Below are positions 44,241 to 54,777 of a stretch of 64,000 nt of DNA, in pieces. The notes beneath the pieces were generated by a model, which did not search any database, was not told the origin of the DNA, and saw nothing but the letters and a program-made list of their open reading frames with translations. The stretch covers positions 1 to 64,000 of the forward strand of contig JBFIML010000003.1 of the NCBI GenBank assembly GCA_041611735.1, read 5' to 3'. Every line of letters starts with the position of its first letter. Positions within the stretch are counted from its first letter, which is position 1. Both the position numbers and the translations under genes were made by a program. This stretch comes from Myxococcota bacterium. GTDB lineage: Bacteria > Myxococcota_A > UBA9160 > PR03.

Positions 44241-45803
44241 TCACCCCATCTCGCGGGCCTCCACGTCGGGCGTCTCCCGGGCGAAGTAGCTGCGCGTCTC
44301 CCGCGCCACGAGCCCCGAGAGCACCAGCAAGCCGATCAGGTTGGGGAGCGCCATCAAGCCGTTCATCAGGTCCGAGAACAGCCAGATCGAGGGTCCGAAG
44401 AAGAGCGGCCCGACCACCACCATGGCCGCGAAGACCAGCCGATACGGCAGCACCACGGCATACCCGAAGAGGTATTGGAGTGATTTCTCCCCGTAGTAGC
44501 TCCAGCCGAGGATCGTGGAGAAGGCGAAGAGCGCGAGACCGAGCGACACGATGACGCCGCCCCAGTTGCCGGGCAGGCTCTCTCGGAACGCGAGGGTCGT
44601 CCACTCGGAGCCGCTCACCACCTTCCAGCGCGCCACGGGGGCCAGGTCCGCGGCCTCCGGCAGCAGCTGCGCGGCCCGTTCCGGGAAGGCCCGATCCAAG
44701 GGATCGAGGGCGCCTCGATCGCGGGACTCGACCAACGTGGCGGTCACACCGGCCAGCTCCCCGGCTTCGAAGTCGCCCGCCCTCTCCAGGTCGCGAAACA
44801 CCGTGGTGAGGATCACGAGGCCCGTGAGCGTGCAGATCACGAGCGTATCGATGAAGGTCTGCGTCATCGAGACCAGTGCCTGCCGCACCGGCTCGCGGGT
44901 CGCCGCCGCGGCAGCGGCGATGCCGGCGGAGCCGAGCCCGCTCTCGTTCGAGAAGATTCCGCGCGCCACTCCGAAGCGGATCGCCGCGGAGACGCTGGCG
45001 CCCAGGACGCCTCCCGCCAGGGCGCCTCCGCCGAAGGCTCCCTCGAAGACGGCGGCGAGCGCCGCGGGGACGTACTGCGCGTTCAGGACCACGACCACGA
45101 GCGCCCCCGCCCCGTAGATCAGCACCATGACCGGCACGAGCAGGGCGGCGAAGCGACCGATCGTCTTGATCCCGCCCAGGATGACCGCCCCGACCAGTAG
45201 CGCGATGACCAGGCTCGTGTGCAGCGGGTCGAAGCCGAAGGTCGCGCGCAGGGCGTTGCCCACCTCCCGCGACTGCACCCCGTTGCCGATTCCGAAGGCG
45301 GCGATCGCCGCGGCGGCGGCGAAGAACGCCCCCAGGGCCCGCCCGGCCCGGGGCCAGGGCAGCCCACGCGCCAGGAAGTACATGGGACCCCCCGACATGT
45401 GGCCGCGCTCGTCCACCACGCGGAAGCGCACCGACAGCATGGCCTCCGCGTACTTCGTGGCCATGCCCACCAACCCGGTGACCCACATCCAGAACAGCGC
45501 ACCCGGCCCCCCGGCGGCGATGGCAGTGGCCACGCCGGCGATGTTCCCGGTTCCGACCGTGGCCGCCAACGCCGTCATGAGCGCCTGGAAATGGGAGATG
45601 TCGCCCTCGGCACCACGCTCGCGACGTTTCACGAGTCCGAGCCAGAGGGAGTGGCCGAGCTCCCGGAACTGGAGCCCGCGCAGGAGCACGCTGAGGTAGA
45701 GCCCGGTGCCGACCAGGAGGGGGATCAGCAGGAAGGGACCCCAGACGATGCCGGAGACCCGCTCGAGCAGCGCGCTCAGAAGGGACGCTTCCGCCTGGCT
45801 CAT
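44241..45803 (-). CDS. Sodium:alanine/glycine symporter (AGCS)
   Basis: [47 protein letters not shown]. Confidence 0.95.
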   Translation of the reverse strand: MSQAEASLLSALLERVSGIVWGPFLLIPLLVGTGLYLSVLLRGLQFRELGHSLWLGLVKRRERGAEGDISHFQALMTALAATVGTGNIAGVATAIAAGGPGALFWMWVTGLVGMATKYAEAMLSVRFRVVDERGHMSGGPMYFLARGLPWPRAGRALGAFFAAAAAIAAFGIGNGVQSREVGNALRATFGFDPLHTSLVIALLVGAVILGGIKTIGRFAALLVPVMVLIYGAGALVVVVLNAQYVPAALAAVFEGAFGGGALAGGVLGASVSAAIRFGVARGIFSNESGLGSAGIAAAAAATREPVRQALVSMTQTFIDTLVICTLTGLVILTTVFRDLERAGDFEAGELAGVTATLVESRDRGALDPLDRAFPERAAQLLPEAADLAPVARWKVVSGSEWTTLAFRESLPGNWGGVIVSLGLALFAFSTILGWSYYGEKSLQYLFGYAVVLPYRLVFAAMVVVGPLFFGPSIWLFSDLMNGLMALPNLIGLLVLSGLVARETRSYFARETPDVEAREMG

Positions 45804-45948
45804 TCCGACCCGACACGGGGAGGAGCGCTAGGAGGGCGGAAGGGAGGCTAGGGGGCGCGCCGCGCCGGGTCAACCGTGAGCCGCGCTGCGCGCACGGCGG
45901 CTAGAATCGGCCGCGACCGCCGGGGGGCGCGGCGCGGGGGGCGAGGCG

Positions 45949-47352
45949 ACGGAGCAAGCGACTGGACCGCAGCCGGAGGGCATCCCGGCGCTCGGACCGG
46001 CTGCCAAGGCCGTCTACGGCCTGGGCGACCACACCGTGAACGCCGCCCTGGCCGCGCTCTCCATGCACTACCTCTTCTTCCTGACCGAGGTGGTGGGGTT
46101 GAGGCCCGCGCTGGCCGGCCTGGTGCCCTGGGTGGGTCGCATCGTGGACGCCCTCACCGACCCGATCATGGGCCGGATCTCGGACCGCACCGCCTGGCGG
46201 CGCGGCCGGCGGCGCCCCTACTTCCTGATCGGCGCCCTTCCCTTCGGCCTCGCCTTCGCCCTGCTGTGGCTCGACGTGCCCATCGAATCCCAGCTCGGGC
46301 GCTTCCTCTACTACGCCGCCGCCTACGTCTTCTTCAGCGTGGCCGTGACGGTGCTGTCGGTGCCCTACCTGGCGCTGATCCCGGAGATGGCCTTCGACTA
46401 CCAGGAGCGCACCAACCTGAACAGCTTCCGGGCCGCCGGCGCGATGCTCGGTGCCGTGGTGGCGGTGGGCCTGCGCAGCCTGGCGCAGCAGGCGGGCGGC
46501 GGCGCTACGGGCTTCGCCGCTGCAGGCGCTGCGTTCGGGGTCTGGCTGGCCGTGCCCTGGCTCGCGGTCTGGGCGGTGAGCTGGGAGCGCCCGGGGTTCC
46601 GACGCCCGGTGCACACCGGGCTGGGTGTGGCCCTGCGCGACCTCTTCCGTCACCGCGCCTACCGGGTCGTGGCCACCCTGTTCCTGTTCTCGCGCATCGC
46701 CGTGGATCTCGTGCTGGCCATGCTGATCTTCTACTTCGAGTACTGGATGCGCCGCCCCGGCGACTTCGAGTGGAGCATGTTCCTGCTCCTGGCGAGCGTG
46801 CTGCTGGCGCTCCCGGTCTGGCTGCGCATCTCCACCCGCACGGACAAGCGCACGCTCTTCCTGGCGGGAGCGGCCGCCTGGGTGGGGGTTCAGCTCGCCT
46901 TCCTGGCGGCCAACCCGGATTGGCCGCGCTGGCTGGTCCTGGCGCTGGCCTGCTGGGCGGGCCTGGCCTACGCGGCCATCGAGGTGATGCCCTGGTCGAT
47001 GCTGGGCGACGTGGTGGACGAGGACGAGCTGCAGAGCGGAGAGCGTCGCGAAGGCCTGTATGCCGGGTCCTTCATGTTCCTGCGCAAGCTCGGAGGGCCG
47101 AGCGGGGTGCTGCTGGCGGGCGTGGTGCTGGATGCCACGGGCTTCGGCCGCTCGGAGCCTCCGCCCGAGGCGGCGATCGGGGCGATCCGGGCCTTGACCG
47201 CCCTGGCGCCGCTCGCCTTCGTGGCGCTCGCCGCCTGGGCCGCCAGCCGCTACCCGCTCTCGCGCGCGGCCCACGCGCGCATCCTTCAGGCGCTGGCGGC
47301 GCGTCGCTCGGGATCCCGGGCCACGAGCCCCGACTCGCACAGCGCCTCGTAG
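45949..47352 (+). CDS. GPH (MelB-like) MFS transporter; probable ACG start at 45949
   Basis: KAVYGLGD, DALTDPIMGRISDRT...GRRRPY, ERTNL, GDVVDEDE...RREG. First canonical start (46036) falls inside TM1. Confidence 0.88.
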   Translation, partial: TEQATGPQPEGIPALGPAAKAVYGLGDHTVNAALAALSMHYLFFLTEVVGLRPALAGLVPWVGRIVDALTDPIMGRISDRTAWRRGRRRPYFLIGALPFGLAFALLWLDVPIESQLGRFLYYAAAYVFFSVAVTVLSVPYLALIPEMAFDYQERTNLNSFRAAGAMLGAVVAVGLRSLAQQAGGGATGFAAAGAAFGVWLAVPWLAVWAVSWERPGFRRPVHTGLGVALRDLFRHRAYRVVATLFLFSRIAVDLVLAMLIFYFEYWMRRPGDFEWSMFLLLASVLLALPVWLRISTRTDKRTLFLAGAAAWVGVQLAFLAANPDWPRWLVLALACWAGLAYAAIEVMPWSMLGDVVDEDELQSGERREGLYAGSFMFLRKLGGPSGVLLAGVVLDATGFGRSEPPPEAAIGAIRALTALAPLAFVALAAWAASRYPLSRAAHARILQALAARRSGSRATSPDSHSAS

Positions 47353-48743
47353 AGGAAGCGCCGCACCGAGCCGTGCAGCAGGAAGGTCACGTGGGCGCCG
47401 GGGTACCAGAGGATCTTCGGCCGGTCCCAGTGGCGCCACAGGTCGCGCACCTGCTCGGGCGGGACGAGCCGGTCGGCGGTGCCACCGAAGATGTAGCGCC
47501 GCTCCTTGGGCACCCGCGGACCCAAGGCGAGCGGCGCCACCGGGCGCAGCACCTGCTCCATGGCGGCCGGGCCGAGGCCCGCGCGCTCGGCCTCGCGCAT
47601 GTCGCGCGGCGGGCCGTGCCACCAGTACATGCGCGTGAAGTCCGCCAGCGGAATGCCCGGGATGGCGCAGGCGAGGCCGTCCGTCACCGAGGCGAGCAAC
47701 GCCGTGTTGTACCCGCCCAGCGAGAGGCCACAGACCCCCACGGTGCTTCCGCCCTGGGCACGGATCCAGGACAGCAGACGCCGCATGTCCCACACCGCCT
47801 GCGCCTCGGCGTGCACCGTGTCCAGGAGATCGCCCGAGAGGAAGCCGTCCCCGCTCACGGCCCCGATCCGACGCGGGCCATGCAGGGGCAGCACCGGCAG
47901 GAGCAGGTTGAGCCCGAGCCGGTGATGGAGCCAGCCGGCCCGGAAGGCCGCCAGGTCTACCGCGGGCGAACCCATCTGGTAGCCGTGGATGCAAACCAGC
48001 CAGGGGCGCCCCGGCGACTGGTGGCGCATCACCCAGGCCCACCCGGTGCGGCAGCGGGGATACGAGAGCCAGCGCTCGCGCCCCGGCTCGTCGGCGTGGG
48101 GCTCGTAGCCGCTGTCGAAGGAGAGTCGCTCGAAGTTCAGCCCTCGGGCCCGCGCCGGCCGCAGCTCCACCTTCTCGAGCGGCGGCGGGAGGACGTGGTA
48201 GGAGGCCGGCTCGTCCAGCCAGCCGTGCTCGGCGAAGCATTCGAGGGCCTCGCGAGCCTCGCTGTGGATCTCCTGGCGGCGGGTGCGCAGCGCCAGGGGC
48301 AGCGCGAGGTTCATGGTCCCGAGCAGGTGGACGTTCAAGGCCCCGAGCAGCCCCTCGTCGAGGGCGGCCTCCGCGGCGAAGCGCGCGGAGCGGGGCGCCT
48401 CCGGCACCTCCTCCGCCGCAGGGAAGGCGCGGGCGGAGAGCCAACCCGCCGCCAGGAAGGAGGCCACCGAGAGTGCCGTCAAGAGCAGGCCCCAGAGCGG
48501 GCCGGCCCAGAAGAAGGCGGTCAGGCCGACGACGGTCCCGGCCAGGCCCCCCAGCGCCCCGAAGTGCACGGCGCGCGGGTCGCCGGGCCACAGCCCCGTG
48601 GCCACCCCCGCCGAGAGCAGCATGGAGCCCGGCAGCGCCGCCAACAGGTAGGCGGCCCAGCCCCCGCTCGACGCGGAGGCGAACCACACGAGCCCGGCCA
48701 GGACCAGGACCCAGGCCTCGTGCAGCCAACGCGTACGCCTCAT
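47286..48743 (-). CDS. Membrane-anchored alpha/beta hydrolase
   Basis: Four N-terminal TMs; IHGY, PLHGPR, GLSLGG, ADRL, GAH. Confidence 0.85.
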   Translation of the reverse strand: MRRTRWLHEAWVLVLAGLVWFASASSGGWAAYLLAALPGSMLLSAGVATGLWPGDPRAVHFGALGGLAGTVVGLTAFFWAGPLWGLLLTALSVASFLAAGWLSARAFPAAEEVPEAPRSARFAAEAALDEGLLGALNVHLLGTMNLALPLALRTRRQEIHSEAREALECFAEHGWLDEPASYHVLPPPLEKVELRPARARGLNFERLSFDSGYEPHADEPGRERWLSYPRCRTGWAWVMRHQSPGRPWLVCIHGYQMGSPAVDLAAFRAGWLHHRLGLNLLLPVLPLHGPRRIGAVSGDGFLSGDLLDTVHAEAQAVWDMRRLLSWIRAQGGSTVGVCGLSLGGYNTALLASVTDGLACAIPGIPLADFTRMYWWHGPPRDMREAERAGLGPAAMEQVLRPVAPLALGPRVPKERRYIFGGTADRLVPPEQVRDLWRHWDRPKILWYPGAHVTFLLHGSVRRFLYEALCESGLVARDPERRAASA

Positions 48744-48768
48744 GGACTCCTGCCTCCCGGCCGCCTCT

Positions 48769-50103
48769 CTAGCCCAGACCCAGCCGCTTCGCCGCTTCGG
48801 CGCGCAGCCCCTCCCGCAGCTCCGGGTGCGCCAGGGCGAGCAGGGCCCGGGCCCGCTCCTCCACCGTGCGGCCGGCCAGCTCCGCGGCGCCCCACTCGGT
48901 GATCACCACGTCCACCTGATGACGCGGCGTGGTGACGGCGGCTCCCTCCGGCAGCGCCGCTACGATGCGCGAGACGCGGCGGCCGTCCACCTGGGCGGAG
49001 CAGGGCAGGCAGATGAGCGAACGCCCGCCTTCGGAGAAGGCGGGCCCCATGGCGAAATCCTCGTGGCCGCCGATCCCCGAGTGCTGCCGGCCGTCGATCG
49101 TGTCCGCCATCACCTGCCCCAGCAGATCCACGGCCAGCGCTCCATTGATGGCGATCATGCGGCGATTGCGAGCGATCGTCACGGGGTCGTTCACGGCCCA
49201 GACGGGCAGGAAGCGCACGTCCTCCCGGCCGTCCAGCCAGCGGTAGAGCTCGTTGGTCCCGGCCGCGAATGTGGTGACCGAGTAGCCGTCGTGGACGCCC
49301 TTGCGGTTGGTGACCTTGCCGGCCTGGTGGAGTCGCATCAGCCCCGTGGTGAACATCTCCGTGTGGATGCCGTAGTCGCCGCCGGGGCCAGCCGCCAGCA
49401 GCTCCGCCACCTCGCTGGGAACGCCCCCGATGCCGGTCTGGAGCGTGGCGCCGTCGGGAACGAAGGTCCGGACGTGCTCCGCGATGGCCCGGTCCACGGC
49501 GCTGGGCTCCGGGTCGGGCAGCTCGAAGAGGGGTCGATCGCTCTCCACGACGAGGTCGGCCTCCTCGACGTGGAGGGCGTGGGGATGCTGGGGCGGAAGC
49601 CCGAGTGTACGCGGCACGCGCGGATTCACCTCCACCACGAGCAGACGCTCGGGATCGCGCCCGGCACTGCGCAGTGCCTCCACGGTGGCGCCGGCGTGCA
49701 GCCCGAGGCTCATGCGCCCGTCCGCATCGGGCGGTGCGGCGAGGGTGGCCATCACGCGCGGGCGCAGGCGCCGACCGATGGCGGCGAAGCGGCGAAAGTC
49801 GGCGGGAACGAAGCGGACCTCGTGTCCGGCCTCCACCCAGGCGCGCTCGAGGGGTCCGAAGAAGCCCGAGAGCAGGCGCACGCCGGGACGCGTGAAGAGG
49901 CGGTAGGGCTCGGTGACGAGCGCGGCGAAGACCGTGAGGGCGCGGAAGTCGTCGCGCTCGCCGAGGGCGTGCAGGAAGGCTGCCGGCTGCCCGGTGCCCA
50001 CGGGAACCGCCAGGGCGTCGTCGGCCCGCACCCGGGCGGCCGCTTCCGCCGCGGAGACACGCTTCGCCTCGAGTCCGTGGGTTCCGCCCAGTCGGGCCTC
50101 CAC
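48769..50103 (-). CDS. Acetyl-CoA hydrolase/CoA transferase family
   Basis: LQTGIG, GIHTEM, INGALAVDLLGQV, SGIGGHEDF, VITEWG; start uncertain. Confidence 0.9.
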   Translation of the reverse strand: MEARLGGTHGLEAKRVSAAEAAARVRADDALAVPVGTGQPAAFLHALGERDDFRALTVFAALVTEPYRLFTRPGVRLLSGFFGPLERAWVEAGHEVRFVPADFRRFAAIGRRLRPRVMATLAAPPDADGRMSLGLHAGATVEALRSAGRDPERLLVVEVNPRVPRTLGLPPQHPHALHVEEADLVVESDRPLFELPDPEPSAVDRAIAEHVRTFVPDGATLQTGIGGVPSEVAELLAAGPGGDYGIHTEMFTTGLMRLHQAGKVTNRKGVHDGYSVTTFAAGTNELYRWLDGREDVRFLPVWAVNDPVTIARNRRMIAINGALAVDLLGQVMADTIDGRQHSGIGGHEDFAMGPAFSEGGRSLICLPCSAQVDGRRVSRIVAALPEGAAVTTPRHQVDVVITEWGAAELAGRTVEERARALLALAHPELREGLRAEAAKRLGLG

Positions 50104-50152
50104 GCAAGGCGGCCCCGGCGGGCCGCCCGGTCCGGTATACAATCGACGGGGC

Positions 50153-52552
50153 ATGCCTGGGTCGCAAGCCGCCGCCTCCTCGCCCCACCCGGGGCCGCCC
50201 GCCTGGCCCGGCAAGCCGGGGCGTCGCGTGGTCCTCCTGCTCGACGCGTCCAGCGCCCTGGAGCGGCGCGTCCTGGAGGACTGGATCGCCCGCCACCGCC
50301 CCGCGGAGGCCGGGGCGACGGTGGATGCCGCGCCGATCCCGCCCTCCCGCCGGCGACCGCGCCGGCCGAAGCTCGACGGACGCCTGGAGGTGCTGCTGTC
50401 CGGCGGGGAAGACCCGCTGCTGGCGCCCCTGCGGGTGGCGTGGCTTCCTCCCCGCACTCGTGAGGGGGAGAGGTCCGTGCGGATCGGCGAGCTGCTCTGG
50501 TTGGGTGATCCGCGCGATCCCGGAGGGCTGCGCCAGCGATGGATCCGCTGGCGCCACCCGGAACGTTGCCGGGTGGTGGCGGGCGAGCCGGCCCCGCTCT
50601 CCGAGCTGCGGGAGCGCTGGCGAGCGGCCTGCGGGGTGGACATCGCCGAGACCACGGGCCTGCCGGAGTTCGTGGCCCGTCAGGCGGCGCTAGCCCTGGA
50701 GCGGGCCGAGCGACGGCTGCGCGGGGCCCGCTACAAGGTGCCGCGCTTCGTGCGCGAGGAGATCCTGGGGCGCCCGGGCTTCCAGGGAAGCCTAGCCCGG
50801 CTCGCCCGCCGCCTGGGTCGCTCGGAGGCAAAGGTGCGTCGCGAGGCCGCCCGCGACCTGCGCGAGATCGCCGCAACCCACAGCCCGCGGGTGATCGATC
50901 TCGTGTCGGAGCTCTTCCGTCGCATGTACGCCCGCTCCTACGGCGAGGTGCTCCGCTACGACCGCCGCCAGCTCGAGGAGATCGCCGCCCTCTCCCAGCG
51001 GCACCCGCTCGTCTTCCTCCCCTCCCACAAGTCGAACCTCGACCACCCCGTGCTGCGCTACGCGCTGTACGAGAACGGCCTTCCGCCCAACCACACCGCC
51101 GGCGGGATCAACATGAACTTCTTCCCGCTCGGCCCCCTGCTCCGCCGCGCGGGGGTCTTCTTCATCCGACGCCAGTTCAAGGACGACGAGATCTACAAGG
51201 TCGTCCTGCACCACTACATCGACTACCTGATCGCGAAGCGCTTCGCCCTGGAGTGGTACATCGAAGGCGGCCGCTCCCGCTCCGGGAAGCTCCTGCCCCC
51301 CCGTTACGGCCTGCTCGCCTACGTGGTCGATGGCTACCGCCGGGGCAAGAGCGACGACGTGATCCTGATTCCGGCATCCATCGCCTACGAGCAGATCTCC
51401 GACGTGCCCGACTACGTGGCCGAGCAACGCGGCGGTCCCAAGGAGCGCGAGAGCTTCGGCTGGTTCCTACGCTTCGTGCGGCGCCTGAGCCTTCGCTTCG
51501 GCGACATCCACATCCGTCTCGGGGAGCCGCTTTCCCTGGCCCGGGAGCTCGGCCCGCCGGACCCCGGCGCGGAGCCCGACCCGGACGAGACGAGCCTGAC
51601 GGTCCAGAAGCTCGCCTTCGAGGTCTGCCACCGCATCAACCGGGTCACCCCGATCACGCCGACCTCGTTGGTCACCCTGGCGCTGCTGGGCGTGGGCGAG
51701 CGGGCGCTCAGTGTGGACGAAACCCGGTTGGCGCTCACCAACCTGGTGCGTTCGGTGCGCGAGCGCAAGCTTCCCACCACCGGCGAGCTGGACCTGGACA
51801 CGGCGGACGGGGTGCAACGGGCCCTGGAAGCGCTGGTGCGCAGCGGGGTCGTGACGTGCTTCGCGGAGGGGCCCGAGGCGGTCTACGCCATCGGTCCGGA
51901 CCGGCACCTGGCGGCCGCCTACTACCGGAACACGGTCATCCACTTCTTCGTGACCGGCGCCATCGCCGAGCTGGCGCTCCTGCACGTGGCCGAGGCCGCG
52001 GTTCCCAACCATCGCGAGGAGCTGATCGAGGAGTCCCTGCGACTGCGCGATCTGCTCAAGTTCGAGTTCTTCTTCGCGGGACGGGAGGAGTTCCGGCACG
52101 AGCTGGCCCGTGAGATCGCGTTCCACGAGCCGCAGTGGGAGCGCTTCCTGCACGGGGGGGACGCGGAGGCGCACGCGCTGCTGCGCCGCTTCCGCCCCTT
52201 CAGCGCCCACCGGGTGCTGCGGCCCTTCCTGGAGGCCTATCGGGTGGTGGCCGACGCGTTGTTGCGCCACGACCCGATGCAGCCCCTGGACGAGAACGCC
52301 TTCCTGGCCTCCTGCCTGCCCCTGGCCCGGCAGTACGTGCTCCAGCGCCGCATCCGGAGCCCGGAGTCGGTCTCGAAGGTCTACTTCCGAAACGCCCTGC
52401 GGCTGGCCCGCAACCGCAACCTGTTGGACCCGGGCGCCCCGGATCTCCTGGAGCGTCGGCGCGCCTTCGGGGCCGAGATCGCCGACGCCGTACGCCGGGT
52501 CGACGCCATCGACGCCCTGGCCGCCGCCCGCCGGCTGGGGATCGCGGAGTAG
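50153..52552 (+). CDS. plsB: Glycerol-3-phosphate O-acyltransferase PlsB
   Basis: HKSNLD (HX4D), FFIRR, YIEGGRSRSGKL, IPASIAY. Confidence 0.92.
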   Translation: MPGSQAAASSPHPGPPAWPGKPGRRVVLLLDASSALERRVLEDWIARHRPAEAGATVDAAPIPPSRRRPRRPKLDGRLEVLLSGGEDPLLAPLRVAWLPPRTREGERSVRIGELLWLGDPRDPGGLRQRWIRWRHPERCRVVAGEPAPLSELRERWRAACGVDIAETTGLPEFVARQAALALERAERRLRGARYKVPRFVREEILGRPGFQGSLARLARRLGRSEAKVRREAARDLREIAATHSPRVIDLVSELFRRMYARSYGEVLRYDRRQLEEIAALSQRHPLVFLPSHKSNLDHPVLRYALYENGLPPNHTAGGINMNFFPLGPLLRRAGVFFIRRQFKDDEIYKVVLHHYIDYLIAKRFALEWYIEGGRSRSGKLLPPRYGLLAYVVDGYRRGKSDDVILIPASIAYEQISDVPDYVAEQRGGPKERESFGWFLRFVRRLSLRFGDIHIRLGEPLSLARELGPPDPGAEPDPDETSLTVQKLAFEVCHRINRVTPITPTSLVTLALLGVGERALSVDETRLALTNLVRSVRERKLPTTGELDLDTADGVQRALEALVRSGVVTCFAEGPEAVYAIGPDRHLAAAYYRNTVIHFFVTGAIAELALLHVAEAAVPNHREELIEESLRLRDLLKFEFFFAGREEFRHELAREIAFHEPQWERFLHGGDAEAHALLRRFRPFSAHRVLRPFLEAYRVVADALLRHDPMQPLDENAFLASCLPLARQYVLQRRIRSPESVSKVYFRNALRLARNRNLLDPGAPDLLERRRAFGAEIADAVRRVDAIDALAAARRLGIAE

Positions 52553-52556
52553 GCGC

Positions 52557-53885
52557 CTAGAAGAGCTCCGCCAAGGTCCGCACGGTGTCGCCGAGGGCAT
52601 AGACGAGCACGAAGACGAGGACCGGCGGCACCGCGAAGCGCAACAGGCCCCGCCACAGGAAGAACCAGCGCACGCCGGGCGCCCCGACCCGCACCTCCGC
52701 CAAGGGGTCCGCCATCACCCAGCCCACGAAGAGCGAGAGGCCCAGAGCTCCCAACACCAGGAAGACGTTGCCGGCGATCTGGTCCATGGCGCCCAGGACA
52801 TCGAGGTTCAGGGCCGGCAGCACGCCGAGCGCGGCGATGGCGCTGCCCAGCACCTCCGCGGCCCGGCGGCGGGACCAGCCGAGGCCGTCGGCGGCCGAGG
52901 CCACCACCACCTCGAGCAGCGAGATGGCCGAGGTGAGCGCTCCAACCGCGAGTGCCACGAAGAAGAGGATGCCGAGCAGGCGGCCCGTGCTCCCCATCGC
53001 CGCGAAGGTGTGGGGGATCGTGATGAAGAGGGCCCCGACGGTGCTCCCGCCCACCTCCGACTGGAGCCCCAGGGCGAAGATCAGCGGAAAGATCATCAGG
53101 CCCGCCAGGAAGGCCACGCCGAAATCGGCGCCGGCGATCACCAGGGACTCATTGGGCAGATGGTTCTCGCGCCCGAGGTAGCTGGCGTAGGTGAGCATCG
53201 CGCCCATGCCGAGGCTCAAGCTGAAGAAGGCCTGGCCGGCGGCGTCCTTCAGGACGTTCGGGGAGAGGATCTTTCCGAAGCTGGTCTGGAAGTAGTAGGC
53301 ATAGCCCTCGTGCGCCCCGTCCAGGAAGGCGGCGTAGACCGCCATCCCCGCCACGATCAGGAACAGCACGGGCATCAGGAGCACGGCCGTCCGCTCGATG
53401 CCGCGCTTCACGCCGCCGGCCACGATGAAGATCGTGATGGCCATGAAGAGCAGGTGCCATCCGATGGCGTTGGCGCCGCTGGCCACGGTCTGGAAGGTCT
53501 CGGCCGGGTCGTCGCCGAAGCCCTCCACGATCGCCGCCACCGCGTAGCGCAGGGTCCAACCTGCGATCACGCTGTAGTAGGCAAGGATCACGAAGCCGGC
53601 GAGCACGAACAGCGCGCCGAGCGGTCGCCAGGCGGACCCACCGAAGTGCGCCAGGGCCTGGATCGGGCTCTGGCGCGCGCCGCGCCCCACCACGAGCTCC
53701 GCCAGCATCACGGGCAGGCCGATCAGGGCCGTCATGGCCAGGTAGAGCAGCACGAACGCGGCGCCGCCGTTCTCGGCGGTGAGATACGAGAAGCGCCACA
53801 TGTTGCCCAGGCCCACCGCCGAGCCCACGGCCGCCAGCACGAAGCCGGCCTTCGTGCCCCATTGCTCGCGCGGCGTCTCCTGCAT
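52557..53885 (-). CDS. NSS-family sodium-dependent transporter
   Basis: REQW, GSAVGLGNMWRF, NGGAAF, GQAFFSLSLG. Confidence 0.95.
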   Translation of the reverse strand: MQETPREQWGTKAGFVLAAVGSAVGLGNMWRFSYLTAENGGAAFVLLYLAMTALIGLPVMLAELVVGRGARQSPIQALAHFGGSAWRPLGALFVLAGFVILAYYSVIAGWTLRYAVAAIVEGFGDDPAETFQTVASGANAIGWHLLFMAITIFIVAGGVKRGIERTAVLLMPVLFLIVAGMAVYAAFLDGAHEGYAYYFQTSFGKILSPNVLKDAAGQAFFSLSLGMGAMLTYASYLGRENHLPNESLVIAGADFGVAFLAGLMIFPLIFALGLQSEVGGSTVGALFITIPHTFAAMGSTGRLLGILFFVALAVGALTSAISLLEVVVASAADGLGWSRRRAAEVLGSAIAALGVLPALNLDVLGAMDQIAGNVFLVLGALGLSLFVGWVMADPLAEVRVGAPGVRWFFLWRGLLRFAVPPVLVFVLVYALGDTVRTLAELF

Positions 53886-53992
53886 GGCGCGCCCCCCCTC
53901 GGCGCCGGCCGGTCGGAGCCGGACCGGCGCGACGACCGTAGCGCTCCGCCCGCCGCTCGCACGAGCGGCCGGGACGCGGCAACGTACCGGTC

Positions 53993-54736
53993 ATGGCTCG
54001 ACCCGAAGACGCGAAGCCCTACGTCCTCGATCACGTGGCCGTAGCCGTCCCGGCCATGGCGCCAACCGCGCTGGTGCTGGTCGGTACCCTCGGCGCGCAG
54101 CCCTTCGAAGGGGGTCCGGGCGTGGGCTTCCAATGGTCCCAGTGGGTCTTCGCTTCCGGCGGACGCCTCGAGCTGATCGAGCCCCATGGGCCACCCGACG
54201 GCTTCCTGCACCGCTTCCTGGCCCGCCACGGAGCGGGGGTCCATCACGTGACCTTCAAGGTTCCGGAGCTGGCGCACGCTGCAGAGCGGGCACGTCGTTT
54301 CGGCTACGACGTGGTCGGCTACGACGATCGCCATCCGTCCTGGAAGGAGGCGTTCCTGCACCCGAAGCAGGCCCAGGGCATCGTCGTACAGCTGGCGGAA
54401 TCCCATGCAGAGCTCGACCCGGGGCCGCCAACGCACTGGAGCGGGCCGCCGCTGCCCGCGAACCCCCCGGCCGCGGTGCGCCTGCTGCGTCTCGAGCTGG
54501 TGGCACCCGACGCCGCCGCAGTGCGGCGCCAGTGGGGCGAGCTCCTGGGCGGGGTCGGCCGGGAGCAGGACGGGCGCCTGCTGTTCGGGTGGCCGGACTC
54601 GCCCCTGGGTGTGGCGGTGCGCATCGCGCCCGGAGCCCCGGGACCCACGGCCCTGGAGCTGATCGCGGACCGCGCGCTTCCCGAGCCGGTGCTGGCGTGC
54701 CTCGGCACGCCCCTGCGCTCGATCGAGGCCGCCTGA
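53993..54736 (+). CDS. VOC-family protein (methylmalonyl-CoA epimerase-like N-domain)
   Basis: LDHVAVAV, LELIEP, GVHHVTF, FLHPK, VQLAE. Confidence 0.82.
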   Translation: MARPEDAKPYVLDHVAVAVPAMAPTALVLVGTLGAQPFEGGPGVGFQWSQWVFASGGRLELIEPHGPPDGFLHRFLARHGAGVHHVTFKVPELAHAAERARRFGYDVVGYDDRHPSWKEAFLHPKQAQGIVVQLAESHAELDPGPPTHWSGPPLPANPPAAVRLLRLELVAPDAAAVRRQWGELLGGVGREQDGRLLFGWPDSPLGVAVRIAPGAPGPTALELIADRALPEPVLACLGTPLRSIEAA

Positions 54737-54777
54737 CCGTGACTCGCTGCGGGGCACCCGCGCCAGGAGGAGTTTCC

